Below are positions 51,311 through 60,748 of a stretch of DNA of 64,000 nt, one piece after another (position 1 is the stretch's first letter; each line of letters begins with the position of its first letter). Below the pieces are notes generated by a model. It was not told the DNA's origin, ran no database searches, and saw nothing but the letters and a program-made list of their open reading frames with translations. Location: contig CAWGBN010000009.1 of NCBI GenBank assembly GCA_963820825.1, positions 192,001-256,000 of the forward strand, written 5' to 3'. This DNA is from Vulcanimicrobiota bacterium. Lineage in GTDB: Bacteria > Vulcanimicrobiota > Vulcanimicrobiia > Vulcanimicrobiales > Vulcanimicrobiaceae. Position numbers and translations under genes: made by a program.

Positions 51311-52531
51311 TACCGTGCGCACGATCGGACGCAGCGCCCAGATTCCAAGGAAGAGCACGACGCACAGCCCGCCGGCGAGAACGAACGTTTCGCGCAGGCC
51401 GATCGCCGTCGCAATTGCGCCGTCGAAGAGCGCCCCGAGCGGAACGACGCCGATCGCAATCATCGTGTAGATCGAGAGCGCGCGCCCGCGCACGTCGTCG
51501 GGAGAGAGCATCTGAATCAGCGTGTTCGTCGCCCCGAGCGATGCGAGCGTTCCGACGCCCGCGGCAAAGAGCACCGGCAACGCGAGCGCGAGCGTCGGCA
51601 CGAAACCGAGTGCGGCGACGCCGGCCGACATGAGCAGACCGGCTTGAAACCAGAGCTTTGCGCGGCGTTCGCGTTGGGCGAAATACGCGGTCACGAGCGC
51701 GCCGCCGAAACCGCCGATGCCGATCGCCGAGACCGCCCAGCCGAGTCCGTGCGCGCCGGCGTGCAAGATATTCACGGCGAGCGCGGGTACGAGCAGAGTG
51801 TACGGGCGCGCCAGCAGCGCCGAGACGAGTTGCGCGAGCACGATCCAGCGCAATACGGGATGGCGCGCGACGAACGCGACCCCGTAGCGCATCGCCGCAA
51901 GTGCGGGTTCTCCGGCGCGCTGCGATGCCGGTGACGGGCGCATCATCATCACGGCGACGACGACCGCGAGCGTCGCGGCGGCATTAAAGTAGAAGGCGCC
52001 CGCGACCCCGATCCAGACGATGAGCGCACCGGCGAGCGCGGGACCGATCACGGCGGGCGCATTGAACGCGACGGAGTTGAGTCCGACCGCGTTGCCGACG
52101 TACTCGCGATCGACGAGCGTCGGCACCCAGCTCTGGCGCGTCGGCGAATCGAAGGCCATCGCTGCGGCACTGATGGCGGAGATCACGACCAGGCCCGGCA
52201 TGCCGAGCCGATGGAGGGTCGCGAGAATCGCGAGCATGAACGCCGCCGATGCCATCGTCGTGTTCGTGACGAAGAGCACGCGCCGGCGCGGCAGGCGGTC
52301 GGCGACGACTCCCGCGAGCGGCGAGAAGAGCAAGACCGGCATCGCCCGCGCGGCTCCGATGATCCCGAGATCGAACGCGGCGCGATGGGGCGATCCGGCC
52401 ATTCGGGCAACGAAAAAACCCATCGCGGTGAACTGCATCCACGTGCCTAGGTTCGAAACGAGCAATCCGATCCAGAGCAGACGAAAGTCGCGATAGCGCA
52501 GCGCCGTCAGAATGGACGCGCGCTGAATCAA
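51308..52531 (-). CDS. MFS transporter (MFS_3/EntS-like)
   Basis: LRYRDFRLLW…SNLGTWMQ, GVVADRLPRRR, FDSPTRQS; TTG overlaps the upstream stop. Confidence 0.88.
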   Translation of the reverse strand: MIQRASILTALRYRDFRLLWIGLLVSNLGTWMQFTAMGFFVARMAGSPHRAAFDLGIIGAARAMPVLLFSPLAGVVADRLPRRRVLFVTNTTMASAAFMLAILATLHRLGMPGLVVISAISAAAMAFDSPTRQSWVPTLVDREYVGNAVGLNSVAFNAPAVIGPALAGALIVWIGVAGAFYFNAAATLAVVVAVMMMRPSPASQRAGEPALAAMRYGVAFVARHPVLRWIVLAQLVSALLARPYTLLVPALAVNILHAGAHGLGWAVSAIGIGGFGGALVTAYFAQRERRAKLWFQAGLLMSAGVAALGFVPTLALALPVLFAAGVGTLASLGATNTLIQMLSPDDVRGRALSIYTMIAIGVVPLGALFDGAIATAIGLRETFVLAGGLCVVLFLGIWALRPIVRTV

Positions 52532-53136
52532 TTGCCGCGGGCTCGCACTGCTGCAACGATGACTGCGGCGCACCCGTCCGGCTCGAACCGCGAGGCGTCG
52601 ATGCAGAGATCGTAGTTGTGCGGATCGCCGAACGTCAGCCCGTACCAATCGCGCAAATGCGCGGTGCGCGCGCGGTCGATGCGGTCGATCTCCGCCTCGG
52701 CCGCGTCGCGGCGCGCTCCGGTCGTTTCGGCGAGACGCGCGATCCGCCAATCGCGCGGCGCGTGAACGAATACCCGCAGCACGTCTTCCCGAGCGCCCAA
52801 GATCGCCGAGGCGCCGCGACCGACGATGACGACGCTGCCGCGCGAGGCGCACTCGCGCACCGCGTCCTGAACCGCACGCAGCCGGTCCTCGTCGAGCGAC
52901 TCGCCCGAAGCGGCGGCGAGTTCCGGCGTCGCTCGCTCGAGGACCGTCAAGAAGCGCTCTCCGAGTGACCGCTTTGCATCTTCGCCCGCCGCACCCGCCT
53001 CGCGCCGCACGCGTAACCGCTTGGCGACGACGACGGGAAGCTGCTCGTCCACGTACTCGAAGCCGAGCGCCGCCGCGACCCGCTGCGCGACCGCGAGGGC
53101 ACCCGACCCGTACTCGTTGGAGAGCGTTACGACCAC
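52528..53136 (-). CDS. Cytidylate kinase-like family protein
   Basis: VVTLSNEYGSG, VVIVGRG, RVFVHAP, YDLCIDAS. Confidence 0.85.
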   Translation of the reverse strand: MVVTLSNEYGSGALAVAQRVAAALGFEYVDEQLPVVVAKRLRVRREAGAAGEDAKRSLGERFLTVLERATPELAAASGESLDEDRLRAVQDAVRECASRGSVVIVGRGASAILGAREDVLRVFVHAPRDWRIARLAETTGARRDAAEAEIDRIDRARTAHLRDWYGLTFGDPHNYDLCIDASRFEPDGCAAVIVAAVRARGN

Positions 53137-53153
53137 CGGAGAAGGAGTACGCA

Positions 53154-54179
53154 ATGCCGAACGCAGGTGTCCTGCCGATCGTAGCCACGCGCGATTTGCG
53201 CAAAGTCTTTCGCACCCGCAAGCGCTCGGAGGGGACCCTCGGTGCGCTGCGATCGTTTTTCGCCGGCGGCTACGAGGAACGCGTGGCCGTCGACGACGTC
53301 ACCTTCGCGCTCGAGCCGGGCGAACTGGTCGGCTACATCGGACCCAACGGCGCCGGCAAATCGACCACGATCAAGATGCTGACCGGAATCCTGGTTCCGA
53401 CCTCGGGCGAGGTCCGCGTCGCCGGACTCGTCCCTTGGAAGCAGCGGCGCGAGAACGCGCGGAATATCGGCGTGATCTTCGGCCAGCGCAGTCAGCTCTA
53501 CTGGGATCTCCCGCTGATCGAATCGTTCGAGCTCTTGCGGGCGATCTACGGAGTTCCGCGCGACCAGTACCGGCGCAACCTCGACGAGTTCGTCGAGATC
53601 CTCGACATGACGAGTTTTCTGCGAACTCCGGTTCGCCAGCTCTCGCTGGGTCAGCGGATGCGCGGCGACTTTGCCGCCGCGCTGCTGCACAGCCCGCAGA
53701 TCGTCTATCTCGACGAGCCGACGATCGGACTCGACGTCGTCGCGAAGGAGGCGATCCGCGAGTTCATCGCGCGCATCAACGCCGAGCGCGGGGCGACGAT
53801 CGTGCTGACGACGCACGACCTGGCCGACGTCGAGCGGCTCTGCAAACGCATCGTACTGATCGATCGCGGCACGCTCATCTACGACGGCGACATCGACCGC
53901 ATCAAGAGCGAGTACGGGCGCTTTCGCACGCTGATCGTGCGCTTCGCCGAACCGATCGCCGATCCGCATCTCGACGGCGCGCAGCTCGCCGGCATCGAGG
54001 ACTCGAGCGCGCGGTTCCGCTTCGACCGCAACCTGCAGCGGGCCGATCTGCTCGTGCGCCAAGCGAGCGAACGTTACCGCGTCGAAGACGTCAGCTTAGA
54101 AGAACCGGACCTTGAATCGATTATCCGCCGCATCTACGTTGAAGGATACGGCCAGCAATCCGAGGAGGGCGCGTCATGA
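53154..54179 (+). CDS. ABC transporter ATP-binding protein (ABC-2 exporter)
   Basis: GPNGAGKST, GQRSQLYWDLP, LSLGQRMR, LDEPTIGLD. Confidence 0.92.
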   Translation: MPNAGVLPIVATRDLRKVFRTRKRSEGTLGALRSFFAGGYEERVAVDDVTFALEPGELVGYIGPNGAGKSTTIKMLTGILVPTSGEVRVAGLVPWKQRRENARNIGVIFGQRSQLYWDLPLIESFELLRAIYGVPRDQYRRNLDEFVEILDMTSFLRTPVRQLSLGQRMRGDFAAALLHSPQIVYLDEPTIGLDVVAKEAIREFIARINAERGATIVLTTHDLADVERLCKRIVLIDRGTLIYDGDIDRIKSEYGRFRTLIVRFAEPIADPHLDGAQLAGIEDSSARFRFDRNLQRADLLVRQASERYRVEDVSLEEPDLESIIRRIYVEGYGQQSEEGAS

Positions 54180-54937
54180 TTCTATCGAGCGGTGCGAAGA
54201 GACCGAAGATCCATTCGAGCACCTACGTCGCGCCGAGCGCGACGATCGGCGGCGACGTGACGATCGGCGCCGATTGCGCGATCCTGCACGGAGCCGTGAT
54301 CACCGCCGAGGGAGCGCCGGTAACGATCGGCGCGCAGACCGTCGTCATGGAGAACGCGGTGCTCAAAGCGAGCGGCGGAAGCGCCTTGCAATATCCGCTC
54401 TCGATCGGCGACCGGTGCATCGTCGGACCGCACGCCTACGTCGTCGGCGCCACGATCGGTGACGGCTGCTTCGTCGCCGGCGGCTCGAAAATTTTCAACG
54501 GCGCAACGCTCGGGGACGGCAGCGGCGTCGCCCTCGGCGCAATCGTCCACGTGAAGGCTCGCCTTCCGGCCGCTGCCAGCGTCCCGATGATGCACGTTGC
54601 CTATGGCGATCCGGCGACGATCGTTGCGCCCGAGCGCGCGCCGGAGGTCCACGCCAAGGTCGACTTCTACGCCGACGTCTTCAATCTCGAGGCGGGCGAC
54701 GACGTTCGCGCCCGCGCCGCCGAGACGTACGCGAAGTTCCTTCGCAAGGTCCACGCACAGGACACGACGCTCGAAGAGCATCGCAACGTGAAACCGGCTC
54801 CCCGCCGGCGAGCCGGCGAGGAGCCGCCCCCGACGCAAGCCACCGAGGTCGACAAGGTCGTCGACGTCATGATGCTCGAGCTCGAAGAGATGGAACATCG
54901 CCGGCAGCAAGCGATCCGGCGACAGAAGGGCGGCTAA
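54176..54937 (+). CDS. Gamma-carbonic-anhydrase/PaaY-like hexapeptide-repeat protein with C-terminal extension
   Basis: PKIHSSTYVAPSATIGGDVTIGADC…IGDRCIVG beta-helix repeats. Confidence 0.8.
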   Translation: MILSSGAKRPKIHSSTYVAPSATIGGDVTIGADCAILHGAVITAEGAPVTIGAQTVVMENAVLKASGGSALQYPLSIGDRCIVGPHAYVVGATIGDGCFVAGGSKIFNGATLGDGSGVALGAIVHVKARLPAAASVPMMHVAYGDPATIVAPERAPEVHAKVDFYADVFNLEAGDDVRARAAETYAKFLRKVHAQDTTLEEHRNVKPAPRRRAGEEPPPTQATEVDKVVDVMMLELEEMEHRRQQAIRRQKGG

Positions 54938-54958
54938 CTCCTTGCGAGAGTCGCGCGT

Positions 54959-55750
54959 TTGAATCTAGAGCCCTACGTCGAGTTCGCGAAAAAAGCGTTC
55001 TCCCGCGAGGCGACCTACCGCATGGAGGTGGTCACCGAGGTGGGGTCGCTCGTGCTGCGCGTCTACATTCTGCGCGCGCTCTGGACCGCGCTCTACGCGC
55101 AGAATGCCGCTCCGACGAATCTCCCGCTCCACAGCATGATCACCTATGCCACGATCGCGATGCTGATGTCGCTCATTCTCGAGGTCGACGGCACCCGGAT
55201 GATCCGCGAGAAGCTTCGCGAGGGAACGATCGCGACCGATCTGATGAAACCGATCAGCGTGCCGCTCTACTTCTTCAGCGACGGAATGGGACAGACGCTG
55301 CTGCACGCGTTGCTGGTCGTACCGTCGTTGCTCTGCGCGTTGCTGCTCGTCCGCATCGACGTACCATCTCCGGCAACCTTCGCCGCCTTTCTCTTGGCCT
55401 TCGTCATCGGATACGGCGTCAATTTCTTCTTGAATTTCCTGATGAACTGCGTGGCGTTCTGGACGCTCGAGACCTTCGCGGCGCAGCTCATCGTGCGCTG
55501 GGTCTCCGATCTGCTCTCGGGTCAGATCATTCCGCTGACCCTCTTCCCCGGCATCCTCGGCAGGATCGTCTTCGCGCTGCCCTTTGCCGCGATCTACTCG
55601 ACGCCGTTACTGATCTACGTCGGCGTCATTCCGCCATCGCAATGGGCCGCCAGCATCGCGGCGCAGATCGCGTGGCTCGTGCTCTTCGCGGCCGGCTCGT
55701 CACTGGTCTGGCACGCGGCTTCGAATCGCGTGATCGTTCAGGGCGGATAG
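54959..55750 (+). CDS. ABC-2 family permease
   Basis: Multi-TM; EGTIATDLMKP, LSGQIIPL…FP, LPFAAIYSTP. Confidence 0.85.
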   Translation: MNLEPYVEFAKKAFSREATYRMEVVTEVGSLVLRVYILRALWTALYAQNAAPTNLPLHSMITYATIAMLMSLILEVDGTRMIREKLREGTIATDLMKPISVPLYFFSDGMGQTLLHALLVVPSLLCALLLVRIDVPSPATFAAFLLAFVIGYGVNFFLNFLMNCVAFWTLETFAAQLIVRWVSDLLSGQIIPLTLFPGILGRIVFALPFAAIYSTPLLIYVGVIPPSQWAASIAAQIAWLVLFAAGSSLVWHAASNRVIVQGG

Positions 55751-55752
55751 CT

Positions 55753-56484
55753 TTAGGAAGCGATACCCGGAAGATCCCAGAGTACGAGCTCGCCGCTACC
55801 GTCGACGTCGAGTCGCGGCACGTCGTAGAGCCGGATCGAATCTCCCGCTTTGAGCTCCTCACCGTTCGCCCGAGCCGTGCCCTCGGCAAGGAAGAGAAAA
55901 CCGTACCGCTGCGGAGCGAAGTCGAGAGCGATCGCCGAGCCTTCCAGTCGCGCGACGCGCAGCGTCGCGTTCTGCGTGATGCGAATCGGCGCGGTGACCT
56001 CGGGCGCGCCGCTTACCACCGTCAACCAGCGATTGCGCCGATCCTCGACGCCGAATGCCATCTCGCCGTACGACGGCGTCGTGCCGGTGCGCCCTGGAAT
56101 CACCCACATCTGAACGAGATGCAGCGGTTCGGTGGCGCTATCGTTGAACTCGCTATGCCGCACGCCCGTCCCGGCGCTCATGAATTGGATTCCGCCGGGA
56201 CCGACGACGCCGTGATTGCCCATGCTGTCGCGATGCGCGAGCTCGCCGGAGAGAACGTACGTCACGATCTCCATGTCGCGATGCGGGTGCGGCGGAAATC
56301 CCGATGCGGGTGCGATCCGGTCGTCGTTGAAGACGCGCAGCGCGCCCCAGTTGACGTTTGCGGGATCGACGTAATCGGCGAAGCTGAACGAATAATAGGT
56401 GTCGAGCCAGCCGTGGTCGGCGTGGGCTCGCTCCTCGGAACGCACCAGGGTAAACGACGGGGAATGCAGTGAGGTTGGAGTCAC
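55753..56484 (-). CDS. Pirin family protein (YhhW-like)
   Basis: HGWL…FSFADY, LRVFNDD, HPHRDMEI, HRDSMG, MSAGTGVRHSE. Confidence 0.92.
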   Translation of the reverse strand: MTPTSLHSPSFTLVRSEERAHADHGWLDTYYSFSFADYVDPANVNWGALRVFNDDRIAPASGFPPHPHRDMEIVTYVLSGELAHRDSMGNHGVVGPGGIQFMSAGTGVRHSEFNDSATEPLHLVQMWVIPGRTGTTPSYGEMAFGVEDRRNRWLTVVSGAPEVTAPIRITQNATLRVARLEGSAIALDFAPQRYGFLFLAEGTARANGEELKAGDSIRLYDVPRLDVDGSGELVLWDLPGIAS

Positions 56485-56499
56485 AAATCATGCGACCGT

Positions 56500-57408
56500 T
56501 CAGCGCGGCGCGAGGTTGCGAAGCCGGCCGAGCAGCAGATGGTAGTAGAGCATCCCCTTGACCGGCCCGAGCCGTTCGAGGAGCTCCGCCTGATCGACGT
56601 GCGCGCGGCCGGCGAGCGTCGCCAGCGTGCGCGCGACGCCGGAGTCCCGCAGTGGAAAGGTATCGAGCCGGCCGAGCCCGCGCAGCAGGATGACCGCGGC
56701 ACTCCAAGCGCCGATGCCGCGAATCGCGCAGAGCCGTTCCGCCGCCTCCGGCGTCGAGAGCGCCTCCAGTTCCGTCTCGTCGAGCCGTCTCGAGGTGACG
56801 GCCTCCGCGACGCTGCGCAGATGCGCGATCTTATTGGTCGAGATCCCAACGCCGCGCAGCTGCGCGCCGCTCGCCGCGAGCCAGCGCTGCGGCGGTGGAA
56901 ACGCGACGCACCGGACGGCGCCCGCGGCGATCTCGTCGCCGAGCAGCTCGACGGCGCGGCGCATGATCGCCGCCGCCGCGTGAATCGAAATCTGCTGAAA
57001 GAGGATCGCGTGCGCGCAAGCCTCCCAGAGCGTCGCATACCGCGGCGGCTTGAGCCCTCGCAACGCATCGGCGATCGGGACGAGCCAATCGATCTGACGG
57101 CTGCGCGCGTACCACGGGCGCAGGTCGACTTGCATCCCGAGCATCCGGGCCACGACCGGCAGCCAGCGTTCGGTGCGCCGGCCGGTCGCCCGAACCTCGA
57201 CGCTCGCCGCGCTATGCGGGCGCACCGCAACGACCTCGGTGCCGTCGCCGTCCTGCAGCGCGCGATAGTACGTACCGTCCGGACCGACGACGTCGACGGC
57301 GTTGCTCGCGAGACGGCGCAGCGCGTCGACGGTCAGGTCCAACCGAAAGGGCGGGCGCGCGGGTACCCTTCGCGCAATACCGAAACGCCTTAGCGGTGCT
57401 GGGCGCAT
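56500..57408 (-). CDS. DNA-3-methyladenine glycosylase II (AlkA-like)
   Basis: AILFQQISIHAA, AFPPP, HhH motif IRGIGAWSA, FPLRD. Confidence 0.85.
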   Translation of the reverse strand: MRPAPLRRFGIARRVPARPPFRLDLTVDALRRLASNAVDVVGPDGTYYRALQDGDGTEVVAVRPHSAASVEVRATGRRTERWLPVVARMLGMQVDLRPWYARSRQIDWLVPIADALRGLKPPRYATLWEACAHAILFQQISIHAAAAIMRRAVELLGDEIAAGAVRCVAFPPPQRWLAASGAQLRGVGISTNKIAHLRSVAEAVTSRRLDETELEALSTPEAAERLCAIRGIGAWSAAVILLRGLGRLDTFPLRDSGVARTLATLAGRAHVDQAELLERLGPVKGMLYYHLLLGRLRNLAPR

Positions 57409-58194
57409 ACATCGAATATTGGCGAATCAATCTGCTGACGCTGATCGAGTACCGGACGAACTTCGTCATGTGGTTCGTCTTTACGATCGTCTATCACGGC
57501 GTCGCGCTCGGCGCGCTGTGGGTGACGATGCACCAGTTTCCGTCGATGAACGGGTGGGACTTCCGCCAGATGGCTCTTCTTTACGGGCTTTGGATGCTCG
57601 GGCATGCAGCTGCACAACACGTTCTTCTTCACCGTCGGCAACGTTCCCGATTACGTCCGCGAGGGCCGCTTCGACCGCTTCCTCGTGCGTCCGCTCGACA
57701 CGCTCTTCCAAGCGCTTACCGTGCCGCAGCAGATCGTGGCCGGACGAGCTGATTCTTGCGTCATCACCTTCGCGCGGCGACCGTGTACGGCGAACGTCCA
57801 CGTCGATTGCGGCGTACATTGCGTTCGTGCCGCTCGTCGCCGCGGGTGGCGCGCTCATCGATTTCGGTATATCGCTGTCGTCGCGACGCTGCTCGTTTCT
57901 GGTTCATTCGCATCGATACGCTGCGCTGGGTGGTGATGTCGCTGGAACAAGACTTCACCCGCTACCCGATCAGCATCTACACGCGCGGCGTGCGCTTCGT
58001 GCTGGCGTTCGTTCTTCCGTTCGCGTTCATGAATTACTTTCCGGCCACGTATCTGCTTCACAAGACCGACACGGGACTTTCGCTGTCACCGTGGGTGGGT
58101 TTACTGACGCCCGTCATCGGCCTTGCTTGGGCGCGGCGCCGCCTACGCCTTTTGGCTCTTCGGCCTTCGCCATTATCAAGGGACCGGCTCGTGA
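57396..58194 (+). CDS. Second ABC-2 family permease (several frameshifts)
   Basis: EYRTNF…GWD; YVREGRFDRFLVRPLD; FTRYPISIY…LPFAFMNYFPA; ends YQGTGS. Confidence 0.8.
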
Positions 58195-59072
58195 GACGCG
58201 GCGCGTTTCTGGGTTGCGCCGGCGCGGCGCTGCTCGCATCGCACGCGACGCGCGCCGATGCCGCGACGGTAACTGCGAAGATTCGCCGGATCGCGCGCGC
58301 GATGCCCGGAAGGATCGGCGTCTACGCCCGCACGCTCGCCCCCGGTGCGCCGATCGTTGCCTACGACGCGTCGCACCGCTTTCCGACCGCGTCGATCATC
58401 AAAGTACTGATCATGACGACCGCATACGCGGTCGACGAAACGGAGCCCGGAGCGCTCTCGGCGCGGGTGACATACCATAGCGGCGAGCTGATCGGCGGCT
58501 CCGATTTCATGAGTCAGGCCAGAGACGGCAAGCGTTTCACCGTCCGCGAGCTCATCGTTCCGATGATTCAGTTGAGCGACAACACCGCCGCGAATATGCT
58601 CATCGGTCACTTCGGAGTCGCCACCATCAACGCCGTCGGGCGGCGTGCCGGCTTGAAGCGGACGCACCTCGCGCGCCAATTCATGGATTTTGCGGCAATC
58701 GCGCACCACAACGACAACGTCTCGACCCCGGCCGATATGGGGCATCTCCTCTATCTGATCGAGCGCGGCGCGCGCGAGGGCTTCGGCACGATCGTTTCGG
58801 CACGCCACTGCCGCGAGATGGTCGCGATCATGCTCGGCCAGACCGACCGCGACGGAATTCCGGCGGCGCTGCCGCACGGAACCTCCGTTGCGAATAAGAC
58901 CGGCGAGGTCGACGGGACGCGCAACGACATCGCGATCGTCGAACCGTTCGGCGACTCACCCTTCATCCTCGCGATTATGACCGCCGATGCCTACGACTAT
59001 GCAGCGGCGTACGCGGCGATCCACGCCGTGACGCGCGCGACCTATGCCGAGGCTGCCCACTCTTACGAGTGA
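58191..59072 (+). CDS. Tat-exported class A beta-lactamase-like serine hydrolase
   Basis: RRGAFL Tat signal; ASIIK (SxxK), SDN, KTG. Confidence 0.85.
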   Translation: MRRGAFLGCAGAALLASHATRADAATVTAKIRRIARAMPGRIGVYARTLAPGAPIVAYDASHRFPTASIIKVLIMTTAYAVDETEPGALSARVTYHSGELIGGSDFMSQARDGKRFTVRELIVPMIQLSDNTAANMLIGHFGVATINAVGRRAGLKRTHLARQFMDFAAIAHHNDNVSTPADMGHLLYLIERGAREGFGTIVSARHCREMVAIMLGQTDRDGIPAALPHGTSVANKTGEVDGTRNDIAIVEPFGDSPFILAIMTADAYDYAAAYAAIHAVTRATYAEAAHSYE

Positions 59073-59350
59073 GGCGTTTCCCGGTAGATCTTGCAGCCGT
59101 ACGCCTCGCCGCTTCGAAGCGTCGCGAGCTTCGCCGCGCGCGATAGCCGTTTGAAGCGCGCTTCGTGCGACTTCGCATCCGCGAAGGTTGGCGGGTGCCA
59201 CCAGGCAACGAGCGCGACCGGCAGGCGGCCGCGCGTGTATTTCGCACCTTTGCGGCGGCCGTGCGCCGCGAGACGCCGCGCGAGGTCGGTCGTCGCGCCG
59301 GTATAGAGCGACCCGTCCCGGCAGGCGAGCACGTAGACCGACGGCTTCAC
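59063..59350 (-). CDS. GIY-YIG nuclease (YhbQ/UPF0213-like)
   Basis: VYVLACRDGSLYTG…RRLAAH…GAKYTRGR…E. Confidence 0.88.
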   Translation of the reverse strand: MKPSVYVLACRDGSLYTGATTDLARRLAAHGRRKGAKYTRGRLPVALVAWWHPPTFADAKSHEARFKRLSRAAKLATLRSGEAYGCKIYRETPHS

Positions 59351-59410
59351 GCCGGTCACGTTCTCCGCGGGCGTCAGGAGCTCCGACCCGCTGCGTACAA
59401 CTTTGGAAGG

Positions 59411-60748
59411 ATGAAGATGCTCGCGCTCGGCGGCGCGCTGCTCCTCGGCGCGACCGGCGCCGATGCGTCGCTGCCCTCTCTCACGCCGTATCCGCCGGTC
59501 ACGGCCATGGTCGCCGCCGTCTCGGCCGATCGCCTCAAGAGCTCCGTCGACCGGCTCGTCGCGTTCGGAACTCGCAACGATTTCTCCGAGCGCAGCTCGA
59601 CGCCGGAACACGGCGTCTTCGGCGCCCGCGATTGGATCGCGCGTGAGTTCACCGCGATCGCGGCAACGACGAACGGCCGGATGAGCGTCAAGCTCGACAC
59701 CTATCTACAGGCAAAGACCGCGCGCACGCCGCGGCCCGTTCTCGAATCGAGCGTCATCGCAACGCTGGCAGGAACGGCACCCGGGCGCATCTACGTCATG
59801 TCGAGCCACTTCGACGATTGCGACGGCCACTGCACCGACGGAGCCGGAACCGCTCCCGGCGCGGACGACAACGGCTCGAGCGTCGCCGCCGTTCTGGAAG
59901 CGGCGCGGGTAATGGCCGCGACGCCGTTCCGCGGCACGATCGTCTTTGCGTGCTTCGACGGCGAAGAGCTCGGGCTCTGGGGTTCGGATCATTACGCGCG
60001 CGAGCTCGCCGCCGCGCACGCGCCGGTTCTGGCAGTTCTCAACGACGACATCATCGGCAACTCGGTCGGTGGTGACGGCGCGTCGGAACCCAACGTCGTC
60101 CGCGTCTTCAGCCAAGGGTTGCCGGCGGGTGCGGATATCGCGCGCGTCAATCTGGTCGGCTCCGAGAACGATTCGCCGTCCCGCGAGCTTTCGCGCTTCA
60201 TCGCCGAGCTGGTCCCGGTCTACGTGTCGGGATTCGAGGTTCGGCAAATCTTTCGAGCCGATCGCTTTCTGCGCGGCGGCGACCAAGAATCGTTTCAGGA
60301 CGCCGGCTACGCCGCGGCGATACGGTTCGTCGAGCCGCACGAGAACTTCGCGCACCAGCATCAAGACGTTCGCGTCGAGAGCGGCGTGCAGTACGGCGAT
60401 CTGCCGCAGTATATCGACGCGCAGTACCTTACGCGCGTGACCCAAGCGAACGTTGCGGCCCTCGCGACCCTCGCGCTGGGACCGGCGGCGCCGAGCGGCG
60501 TCCAGATGGTTCTTCACCGGCTCGGCTACGACTCGACGCTGCGATGGAAGCCCGCGTCCGATGCCGTCTCCTACGAGGTTCTCATGCGCACGACCGACGC
60601 ACCGCAGTGGGAGTACGCCCGCAACGTCGGCGACGTCACGCAGGCAACCGTTCCGGTTTCGAAGGACGACTACGTGCTCGGCGTGCGCAGCGTCGACGTC
60701 AACGGTCTGCGCAGTCCGGCCGTCTATCCCGTCGCGACGCGCGAATAG
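59411..60748 (+). CDS. Secreted M28 family metallopeptidase with FN3-like C-terminus
   Basis: SHFD, PGADDNGS, FDGEELGLWGS, NDDIIG, RGGDQ. Confidence 0.88.
   Translation: MKMLALGGALLLGATGADASLPSLTPYPPVTAMVAAVSADRLKSSVDRLVAFGTRNDFSERSSTPEHGVFGARDWIAREFTAIAATTNGRMSVKLDTYLQAKTARTPRPVLESSVIATLAGTAPGRIYVMSSHFDDCDGHCTDGAGTAPGADDNGSSVAAVLEAARVMAATPFRGTIVFACFDGEELGLWGSDHYARELAAAHAPVLAVLNDDIIGNSVGGDGASEPNVVRVFSQGLPAGADIARVNLVGSENDSPSRELSRFIAELVPVYVSGFEVRQIFRADRFLRGGDQESFQDAGYAAAIRFVEPHENFAHQHQDVRVESGVQYGDLPQYIDAQYLTRVTQANVAALATLALGPAAPSGVQMVLHRLGYDSTLRWKPASDAVSYEVLMRTTDAPQWEYARNVGDVTQATVPVSKDDYVLGVRSVDVNGLRSPAVYPVATRE

Noticed and set aside
58191..59072. Bona fide antibiotic-resistance beta-lactamase
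   Set aside because: SxxK, SDN and KTG are present, but no clear omega-loop Glu166 equivalent; activity cannot be claimed from sequence.
59063..59350. GIY-YIG protein as a homing endonuclease or mobile element
   Set aside because: Short stand-alone YhbQ-like protein with no intron, terminal repeats or flanking copy of the REP-like repeat.
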